Of a stretch of DNA of 64,000 nucleotides, positions 27,413 through 37,500 are shown piece after piece. The notes beneath the pieces were generated by a model. The model was not told the DNA's origin and did not search any database. It saw only the letters and a list, made by a program, of their open reading frames with translations. This DNA is from an uncultured virus (IMG/VR IMGVR_UViG_3300038825_001787). Taxonomy: Duplodnaviria; Heunggongvirae; Uroviricota; Caudoviricetes. A program made the position numbers and the translations under genes. How positions within the stretch are numbered: the stretch's first letter is position 1; the number at the start of each line of letters is the position of its first letter. The stretch lies in IMG/VR virus record IMGVR_UViG_3300038825_001787. One strand, given 5' to 3'.

Positions 27413-30400
27413 GTGACAACGCATTACTATTCCGTGAGTTCGACAAGTTCGCTCAGTTAGAAACTGTTGACAAAGAAACTTTGACAGAAGACGACATCAC
27501 CTTCTTTTTAGACAACTTCCTTTCACCCAATGTGTTCTTTTGGCATAAAGGCCAAAGCATACTTTGTGCAAATGCAGAAGATAGAGAAACCGGACAAAAA
27601 CCATTTGATATGTCGGGTAAATCATTTACAGAAGCAGTTAACGAACTAAAGCCACTATTAACTAAGAAAATAAAAGACAGTTATGGTAGTGTCTCACAAG
27701 AAGCAAATGCGTTTGGATACGACCCTGCACCAAAGACCGTAAAACAACTAGCGGAAGCACTTGCTTACGATGCAGGAATGAATACGGAAAAATGGAAAGG
27801 TATGTCGGAAATAGAAAGATTACAACACCCTGTAACAACAAATGCGCAGGTAAGAGCCAATGCAATCAAAAGTAGATTAGCACAATACCACGAAAGAGTC
27901 TTACCTTTCATGCTAAGAAAAACAATGCATCACCCAATTTCATTCATTAGATACAGTCAAACTAGAGGACACATACCAACTCCATTGAGAGACACCAAAG
28001 ACGTAATGGAGGTAACATTACGCTCAGAAGACGATTTACAAGAAATATTGAGTAGTAAAAGATACAAAGATACAGACTTCCCTGGCGCACTGGATGAAGA
28101 AATAAGAGGAATGGTTTGGGATCCAGCACCAACTAGAAAAAACCTAAAAATGGCTGTAATAGATATCGATAACCCTGCAAAGTTGAAAAAAGAAAAACTC
28201 AGAGACGTCACTTACAAGGCAGCAACTAGGATTGTGGATGCAGGACATCCATACATCATAATGTATACTGGAAAGAATTTTCAAATATGGATGGGAGCAA
28301 ATGCAGAACAACCATTGGGTGACGCACCAGATGTTATCGATTATCTTAGAGGACTGTTAAACGGACTAGGGAACTTTGAGGGTAAAAATCAAGCAATCGC
28401 TGCAAATGAGATATGGTTTGATGAAGGTGTATTGGCAAATAGAATGGAACCAACTAGAATGTTCTTTAGTCTACACTATCCTTTGAGAGACTTACAAAAA
28501 ACTTACAGTGGGCTGGCTGCAGTTCCAGTTAGTATTGATGAAATTAAAACATTTGACCCGTTAATGCACGCACACCCAGAAACTGTTTTATTAAACTTTG
28601 ATACATATGCAAGTGTAATATCTGCGTTCTATGATGCTGTCAAGATAGGACAAGATTATGGAATGGATACAGAAACAGATCCAGAGTGTATTAGATTAGA
28701 AGAAAAATATCCAGATCACCAATCAATATCTCTAATAGATAATAGTAGTAATAGTATAGGTGTTAAGTTAGAAGATATATCTAGTAAAGTAGCAGATGAA
28801 GAGTCAGCATTTGTTTATGCTAAAGCAAGAGGAATAGACGCAGTAATAACATATAACGAAAGAGGTGGCATTCGATTTGGTGGGAATACCCTATCAGCAA
28901 CAAAGATATCAGGAACGGGTGTTTCAAAGATAGAAAGTAGAGAAAACACACTATCGACACTGATTACCAGAACTGGTATTGTTATACATCAAGATTACAT
29001 TACTAGAGACTTGCAGAGATTTTGCCAGTCTAAAAAGATATCAGAAATAACACTGGTCGGCCAGTTAGTTAGCACAGATTATGTTGGTGCTCAATTAGAA
29101 GAAAAAGAAATACGTGGTGTGATAGCACGGAAAGGGGAGATACTACCAGAAGAGTTTAAGCGACTTAGATTTGTAGCAAATAAAATAGTGTCTTATAACA
29201 ACGATGAAGTTCCATTAGAAGTTATGAGCAAGGAACTAGGTAAGATAAACACAGGGAGAATATCACCTTCTCCTAATGCATATTACACGCAACCAATTGG
29301 AACCAAAGTCAAGAAGTTGTATCAACAGATTAGGAATCAAAGAACCGGTAGAGAGTTAGTCGTATTGGGTGAAGAAAAATATATTATTACATCTAGACAG
29401 ACAATGAATATGGTAGTCTTAGGAATGGATCCTAAAACAACGTCATACCAACAAAATTCTAGAGAAATAGGCAATGTGTATGTTGGTGTCATAAAGACTG
29501 ATAGGAATAGAGGACCAATATATTATGTTCTAGGGAAAGCAGAAATTGCGTTAAAGAAAGAAGATAGAATCAAATTAAAACAACTAGTAGTCGGCGAAAA
29601 CAACGAAAACATTGTTCCCATTAATCTTAGAAATGACGATTTCGTCAAAGATATCGTCTTGACAGAACCATCGATAGTAGTAGAAGTAGCATACGAAGAT
29701 ATAGGAAAAAGAATGACGGAAGGTCTGCCCTCTCACTTTTTACCAGGAACACAGGCAGGAAGACCCTCGATATACAGGATAGTACCAGTAAAAAGATATG
29801 TTACCAAAATGCTTGGAGCAAGAATAATAGGAATAAAAGAAGATCTGAATCCACTAAGAGAAACAGATGTGTCTTACAAGCAAGATAATTTGATTAAAAT
29901 ACAAGGTACAGCACCAAAAGGTGGTTTCTCTATTGTACAGTCTTTGCCTAATCCGATTAAAAGACACAACTTGCATTTCCCTTACGACAGGTATTTAGGT
30001 GAAGAAATAGATACCAAAGTTCCCTGGAAAATGTCAGAAAAGGCATTTGACAAACTGAGTAGATTAACTAAGAACAAGTCACTTATCGGATATGTTGATG
30101 GTAAAAGAATTTATTATGACGAGGCCGACTATTGGGTAATGCATGGTAGTAACGAAGACTTTTTCTGGGCATCTATGACGTTCAGGTCTATACAATCTCC
30201 ATTCAAATTACGAGGCATTGACATAATGACCTCAGCAAAGATGTGTGCGGAGTATGGAATAAACTGGCATTTGGTTATAGCAGAAGGAACTTTCTATTGG
30301 TTATATTGTAACATAGAAAACGACGAGATTCGTAAAAAACACGCTAAATACATCAAAGATGAAGACCACAAAGGCAATATCGAAGAAATACTATCTGACT

Positions 30401-31560
30401 TATTACATACAGTAAACTCCACATACTCTCCCAAAGAAAAGGTAAATGATGCAAAAGTTCCAGGCTTTGTGTTTGACGTAGTTGTAGTTGAAAAGATAAA
30501 AACCAATCCCGCGTTCTTTGGTGTCCCTAAGAAACTAAATTCATGGATGGATGTTTATGTGGACTCACAACCATTGGGTCTCGATGATGACGGCAATCAA
30601 AAATATAAAGACGTAATAGTACAAGGAACATTAGTTAGAATGCCAGTGTATGGTGGTAGAAAAGCAGACGTTCCTTTGTTGAGTAAAGGTTGGGAGTCTG
30701 AGAGCGTTGAAAAGCGTATACCGGGAGAATTTGACAAAGCAGCAAGAAGACACTTGCGTGGAGAGTCCGGATACTCAGTTTGGCTTGACGAAAAAAGTGC
30801 AAACAGTATTAGCAAAGTAACACCACATTATACACAAACTAGTTTACCACTTTCTTATTCGACTGCAGTTGACGACGCATTTGGTTATGGTAAAGATGGT
30901 AACAGAGTCTTATTTGGTAAAGAACCGAACAAAATAACTCAAATAACTGATAGGTACAACACCAAGTCGTATAAGACACAAGTAGATTTACACGACATGA
31001 CTAACAAAGAACAGGCAGAAGAAGATGCCAAAGTACTTATGAAAATGTTCAATTATGTGCCAGGTGGGAAAATATTAGACCCAAATAAAAAAGAAGTAGA
31101 AGTGAGACCTGGTAGTGGACTTAGTTTAGAATATCAAGAAGCATTCGAGGCAGACAACGAACGCTTGCGTAAAGCACTAAAACCAACAGAGTTTGCACAC
31201 TTTGGTGCAAGAATTAATCCACCAATTAAACAACAAGCATGGTCTGCATACGTCGATAAATATGTAAAGACCCACGCTAAATGGGAGTCTGAACCAGAAC
31301 CTAAAGAAAGTTGGGAAAGATACAGTGTAGGAGAATTTCCAATCCACTTTGTAGATATGTTAGAAAAGGAAAGATTATTGTTGAAAGCCCAGTCCGAACA
31401 TTCGTTAACAGAAGATGAGTTGCGAATAGTCAACGAAACTTTTAGTGCTGAACCAACAAGCGACTTATTAGAAAGTCCACTTGATGACTTATTTGAAACG
31501 GAAGAAGAGGAGGAGGCAGTCGAATATGAACCAAGTGACGAAGACTACGACGTCGAGTGA
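27409..31560 (+). CDS. LigD-like fusion: AEP primase-polymerase + degenerate ATP-dependent ligase core + ligase OB domain, followed by NP-delimited unknown domains
   Basis: AEP: MAVIDID, MYTGKNFQIW, IWFD, FFSLH, AVPVSIDEI; ligase-like YAKARGID, TLVGQL; OB: MVVLG, IGNVYVGV, YVLGKA, TEPSIVVEVAYED. Confidence 0.7.
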   Translation: MSDNALLFREFDKFAQLETVDKETLTEDDITFFLDNFLSPNVFFWHKGQSILCANAEDRETGQKPFDMSGKSFTEAVNELKPLLTKKIKDSYGSVSQEANAFGYDPAPKTVKQLAEALAYDAGMNTEKWKGMSEIERLQHPVTTNAQVRANAIKSRLAQYHERVLPFMLRKTMHHPISFIRYSQTRGHIPTPLRDTKDVMEVTLRSEDDLQEILSSKRYKDTDFPGALDEEIRGMVWDPAPTRKNLKMAVIDIDNPAKLKKEKLRDVTYKAATRIVDAGHPYIIMYTGKNFQIWMGANAEQPLGDAPDVIDYLRGLLNGLGNFEGKNQAIAANEIWFDEGVLANRMEPTRMFFSLHYPLRDLQKTYSGLAAVPVSIDEIKTFDPLMHAHPETVLLNFDTYASVISAFYDAVKIGQDYGMDTETDPECIRLEEKYPDHQSISLIDNSSNSIGVKLEDISSKVADEESAFVYAKARGIDAVITYNERGGIRFGGNTLSATKISGTGVSKIESRENTLSTLITRTGIVIHQDYITRDLQRFCQSKKISEITLVGQLVSTDYVGAQLEEKEIRGVIARKGEILPEEFKRLRFVANKIVSYNNDEVPLEVMSKELGKINTGRISPSPNAYYTQPIGTKVKKLYQQIRNQRTGRELVVLGEEKYIITSRQTMNMVVLGMDPKTTSYQQNSREIGNVYVGVIKTDRNRGPIYYVLGKAEIALKKEDRIKLKQLVVGENNENIVPINLRNDDFVKDIVLTEPSIVVEVAYEDIGKRMTEGLPSHFLPGTQAGRPSIYRIVPVKRYVTKMLGARIIGIKEDLNPLRETDVSYKQDNLIKIQGTAPKGGFSIVQSLPNPIKRHNLHFPYDRYLGEEIDTKVPWKMSEKAFDKLSRLTKNKSLIGYVDGKRIYYDEADYWVMHGSNEDFFWASMTFRSIQSPFKLRGIDIMTSAKMCAEYGINWHLVIAEGTFYWLYCNIENDEIRKKHAKYIKDEDHKGNIEEILSDLLHTVNSTYSPKEKVNDAKVPGFVFDVVVVEKIKTNPAFFGVPKKLNSWMDVYVDSQPLGLDDDGNQKYKDVIVQGTLVRMPVYGGRKADVPLLSKGWESESVEKRIPGEFDKAARRHLRGESGYSVWLDEKSANSISKVTPHYTQTSLPLSYSTAVDDAFGYGKDGNRVLFGKEPNKITQITDRYNTKSYKTQVDLHDMTNKEQAEEDAKVLMKMFNYVPGGKILDPNKKEVEVRPGSGLSLEYQEAFEADNERLRKALKPTEFAHFGARINPPIKQQAWSAYVDKYVKTHAKWESEPEPKESWERYSVGEFPIHFVDMLEKERLLLKAQSEHSLTEDELRIVNETFSAEPTSDLLESPLDDLFETEEEEEAVEYEPSDEDYDVE
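28685..28800. other. TpA-rich island inside CDS
   Basis: tctaatagataatagtagtaatagtataggtgttaagttagaagatatatctagtaaagtagc. Confidence 0.6.
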
Positions 31561-34500
31561 TGTTGCTTCTATTCTGAGTTTTCCAGAAAGGGGAGAAATA
31601 CTTTCTGGGAACAAAATTTTGGACACAGAAACCAAGTACCAAAATGGTGTATTCAAATATAGAATCAACTTTACAAGAGATGTAAGAAGAAGTGATGTAC
31701 CAAATATTTTAAGAGCGTTTTTCAATAACGGAATGGTATCAATAAATGGAGTAGACCACATAGTAGAGAACCATGATTACCAAACAAGAACTACTAGAAA
31801 GAACACAGTGGTTATTGGCTCTATGCAAATTACCCCGTTAAGTATGGCTAATCCTGTGCAAAAGAAACTAACTGCTTTGCAAGACTTTGACAATGAATAC
31901 GAAAAGATGGTGTTGACATCACCAGAAACTTATTTCCGAGCATTTTCATACAGAGGTTTTGACGGTCCAGCATTTAGGTCAAAGTTGTTTTCTTTTGTAT
32001 CTAACATGGGTGAAAACTACGGCTATTGTGACGATAAAACAATTTACCATCGTAGAGCATCGTTAGTGATGCCCAAAATTAAAATCACAAAGGCACCAGA
32101 AAATGCAAAGATGTTTTATCACACTCACCCAAAAAGAGACGAACCCTCACTTAGTTCTGCTGACGACTATCTTATTTATTTTGATATGAGTCACAAACCA
32201 AGAAACATTAGGCACTTCTACACAGTTATGGCAGACAGAATGGATTACTTTCACATAGTCCCAAAGCATTCTAAGAAGAAAGATTATGTCAAGATAAATG
32301 AAGACAAATTTTTGGAAGAAGTAGACAATCAAATTGACGAAGCAGGTAAAAGATTAGATGAAGTAATGTCCAATGAGACCTACCAGGACGACTTGGTATA
32401 TTGTGAAAAAGTAACTAGAGAAGTAGTCAAGTGGCTAAATAAAAAGTACGAAAAATATTTTACAATAACTTACAAATGCCATTACAAGGTAAAAAAGAAT
32501 CCAGAAGAACCGAGCAGCGATGACTTGCACTTGGGTGATGAGTTCATCGGTAAAGCACTAAACGATTTGAAAACAGGTGAAGCATCGTGGCCTGAATTCA
32601 AACCAAAAGATAGACCACAAGAAAAATATGCGTATTGGCACTCAAAATACTTTGCGATGAATAAAGATGCAAAAGGACTTGGATACATGGGTTTGATGCC
32701 AGGAGACGATAGAAGGTTTGCTCATTTCCTACATTCCCCCTATAGAGGTAGTAACTATACTTACGATGATATACTAAGTATACTATGTATAAGTAATGAT
32801 ATAAAGATTAGAGATGCTAAGATAAGAGATGGTAAAGAGATTGCCAGTAGAATAGAGGATATCTTAGATTACCTAGAGATAGATAACGAAGAGATCAGAG
32901 GAGATATTATTCTCTATGATGCAGTAGTAGCAGTAGATGCTTATGGTGACTTAGCGCAAGGAATTGGTGAAGAACATAATTTTATTTTACCCATAGCAGA
33001 TTTTTCAATAAAAAGTGTAGAAGCAATGAATGACGTTGATAGCGGTAAGAAAGATTTGGAACGGGCAAAACACGACATAATGTTCGTTCTAAAAGAAAAG
33101 ATGGCCAAGACCGTTACAAAGGCATTGGGAAAAAAGAATAAGCAATTAGAAGTTATGCGAGAGCCGGTGCCAGTCTATGGACAAGACGGACCAGCAGTAT
33201 CCAAAGTAGGAATCAATCCTCCCGTTCAAAGAAGCAAGAGAGAGTACCAGATGACGCTACCGTCTAAGATATTTGACAATCCGGAACTGTTATCCGAAAT
33301 CTTAGAGCCTTTCAAAAAAAATGAACAATTAAGAAACGCTAAAAATGCTTACACGGTTATCATACCAGTAGATAATTCTGCAACCACCTTTGTCATACAA
33401 AGTACAGGAACGGTGCAAGTAATCAGTCCGTCAAAAGGATACCCAAGAGCAGACGACCCAGATGAGGCAACATTGCAAGCAGTAAGAAAATTGGTTGACA
33501 AGTTAAACGAGTTTGGTTTTGAAATGAACACAGATGACATAGCATTTGGTACAACAGAACCGATGCGTAACCCGCGTTCTGGAGTTATCATCGCAGTAAC
33601 TGGACCAATCCGTTCAACTAAAAACAAGTTTATAGATTCATTGTCAAAGAGAATCAATGCCAATGTAGTTACAACATTTACTACAAAGACTTTGAAAGAG
33701 TACGAAAAAAGGTCAGACATCGTAGAAGTCACGGATGAAATATTTGACAGAATGGAAATCAACGGAGAATTAGTCGTAGTAACAAAGTCTTACGATGGCC
33801 ATAGAAGAGGGTTTAGCAAGAAAGACATGAAAGAAAAAGACTTCATGTTAGTTAATGCAAGAATAAAAGATTTACATTTTTTAATCAGCGCAAGTCCGTC
33901 TGTAATCAGTTTCTACCTGCACCCGACTAACACAGAGGCTGTAATAGAATCGTATCTTTCGGATAGCGTATCACCACAAGAAGCAAGACGTGTCGCAGGT
34001 ATGATTGACGACACGTTAGACGCAGCAGAAGGTGAAGTAGAGCATATCATTGAATATGATATTGAAAGACCTGCTGCCGCGATTGAAGAAGTTTACAATA
34101 CAATCCCAAAACCAAATCCAATGCCCAAACCAATTGGTTCTATAATGGGTTCTTCACATGGAAACTATTATCTGCGAGTTAGAAACAATCCTTCACACAA
34201 TAGTTGTCCAGCAGTAACGCAGAACTTGGAGATGAACACTAAGAATAGAAACTCTGCAATAAAAGCAGATTACATAAAATATGGCCCACTTAATTTAGCA
34301 GATGAAGATTACTGGGTTAAAGCAGCAGAACACTGGAACACAACACCAGAAGTTGCTAAGGAATCAAAGTGTGGTAACTGTGTTGCATTTGACATATCAC
34401 CAAGAATGTTAGATTGTATGCCAGGATCTGTACAAGATGACGGGCAATTAGGAATGTGTTGGATGCACAATTTCAAGTGCCATTCTGCTAGGACTTGTTA

Positions 34501-37500
34501 CACTTGGGCAGCAGGTGGGCCAATAACAGAGGATTCTGTTTCTTACGATTGGCAAGAAAGGTCAGCAAAATCCAACCCTCAAAAAAAAATTTCAATTAGA
34601 ATAGATGAAAGCACAAACCCAGAAAAGAAGTTGATGGCTGTATTTACCAAACCAAATGGTAGAACAAAGACTGTCCACTTCGGTGCTAGAGGAATGAGTG
34701 ATTATACTCAACACAAAGATAAAGACCGAATGAAGAACTACCTTGCACGTCACGGTGGAATGGGAGAAGATTGGAATGACCCAATGACAGCAGGTGCGTT
34801 GTCAAGATGGATTCTATGGGGCAAACCAAGTCTCAGAGAATCGTTTAACGACTTCAAGAAGAGATTCAACTTGGAAGGAGTCATGGCTGTGACTAACACA
34901 AAGATGAATCCAAGAATTCCAAAGAAGTATGAAGGGCAAGACCCAAGCGAGCATTCTGACCTTTACACAGACGAAGACCCAGAAGGAACAATCCAAGGCT
35001 TGGGGTTTAAAGACAAAACAACAGCAAAGAAATCAATTCAATTGATTAAGAAGTCAGGAAAAACCCACGCACATAAGATACAAGCAGCAATGGCTATGGA
35101 ACAAAGAGCAAGATTCCATCCACACGCAACAAAGGGAATCAAAGAGGCTCAGAAGATATATGCAGAGTTCATCGAAGAAATGAAAGAGAAGACAAAGAGC
35201 AATCCAGCATTTATCGTAGGGCAAGGAGGCAATACATTCGATGTAAGAGTAGTAGCGCCCACCCGTGACCCTATTATGATTGAGTCATTGAGAGCAGCAA
35301 CCGATAAGTCGTTCAAACATCACAAGTGGTATGTTAAGCACCATCTTGATTACGTCATGGCAATCATGAAAAGAATGCCAAAAGTAATGGGCAATTGGGA
35401 TAAACAAATGGTTGATATGGTTTGGATGCACGACTATCCGAAAATGATGGGCAAGGGCCAAGATTTGTCAGTTGTTAACGATTTACTAACAACTCATCGG
35501 GGAGAAGACTATGCACATCAAGTCGTTCATCAACTTCACTTAATGGAGAGACTCAAGAAGTCTGATTGGAACCCGCTCACAGAATATTCTATGGTAGCCG
35601 CCAATCTTTCTACCGCAGACGCCTTATCACATTACTATGGCCCATTCTTCCAAATATACATTGACGAGAACCCTGATATGTCGATGGAAGAAATAAAGAA
35701 AAGCAATCGCCAAAAGTTAGCGAAAGACAAACTCAAACTACGAGCAGGGCCAATGAAAGATGGATTGGATTCAATTAGGTTCCAATACAAAGGACGTAAA
35801 GTCAAGATAGTTGGTAATGAACACATCAAGGCATTAATTGAAAAGAAGAACCCAAGCAAAACTCCCGAAGGCAGAAAAATTCCAAAGAAGTATCTCAAGG
35901 GATTAAACAAGGAAGAGATGGCGATAGCCGCTAAGGAAATCGACAAGGGATACAAGTATGACATAGACGATCCAAAAGCATACGAGTATTGGAAGTCAGA
36001 TATTCAAGCAACCGCAAGAGGATACAAGACCGTACCAAGTAAGTACAAAAAGAAGTTTATACAAATGTACGGCCCACTTCCCGAAGAAGGAAAGTTCCTA
36101 GATAAGATGGCAAAGGCCACCAAGATAAAGAAGTCAATTCTGGAAAAGGTCTACGACAAGGGACTAGCAGCATGGAGAGGTGGACACAGACCTGGCGTTC
36201 AACAACATCAATGGGCTGCAGGTAGAGTTTATTCTTTCGTCACACTTGGTAACACGGTGAAGAAAGGAAACAAGAAGATGCCAGATTACTCTTTGGCAAT
36301 AGAGGCTGGAATAATTAAAGACAACCCACCATCATTTATTGCCGCTAGAGACCCTAAAAAATGGGCAAAGAGATATGATAGAATAATTAAAATGAGTGGT
36401 AAAGAACTCATGGAAGAGGCTAACGAACAAGCAGCAGAAAGGGGATTAACGATTCAATTAACCATAACCGAACCAAATATGAAAGAAATGATGAAAGGGC
36501 GTAAGAACTTCCCACTACAACCAAAGTACGAAAAACTGTATAAAGCGTATCTTGCATCCAACAAGACCGCCATGATTTCGATTGCCAAAGGAGGAACAAT
36601 TATTGAGAGTCTTGAGTTTACATTAGTCGAAGAATCAGCAAAGGAATTAATAGATTACCTTGAGTCTCGTCAAAGGTGGCCTAAGAAAAAAGCAGTTTTG
36701 CCGCTCATAGGAAAGATTGTTGTTGAAGACGGGCACGCATTTTTTGAAACAGATATTTTCCCTAAATTAGAAAGTTTACAGAGAAAAAGCAGATTCCCAA
36801 TAGCAATTGGTGGTTTGGGTGGGTATGAAATGTCAGAAGGACAACAAGGAAAGGGATACTATGGAATCATTAAGATGTATCAAGCAGGTTTCTTAGAAGA
36901 CAATGGGATTGAAGCATTTGGCTCAGGCGAAAGCCCAATGCGCTCAGACTTGTACCAGTCATACGGCTGGCTTACACCGTACTCGTACAAAGAAAACTAT
37001 CCCTATCCATCAACTGCAGCAGAGTATTATTTGAATCTGAATAAGAAAGACAAGTTACCAAACAAATCCGCCTATTACGACAGTATCTACCGGCCAGTTT
37101 ACTCAGGAACAAAATCAAATCCAAATCCATATTACAATGCACACCTTTATGCAAGTGGTAGCACAGACCCATTTTTCCCAGGAGACGTACCTGTAGCCCC
37201 ACCAGCATTGTTAAAGAATCCACCAAGTAAAGTAATCATCGTAAGTGGCCCATCTGGTTCTGGAAAATCAACCATATCCAAAGCAATAGCAAAAGAACTT
37301 GGCGGCACTCTTGTACCAACTGTTACAACAAGACCCAGAAGGCCAAAAGAGAAAGAAGGAGAAGATAGAATCTTCGTTTCTAAAGATGAATTCAAAGAAA
37401 TGATAAACAACAACGAGTTTGTTGAATACAAGCAACACAAAGATGGAGTCTTTTACGGCAGAAGGAAAGTAGATATGGACGACATATCAATTGTAGAAGT

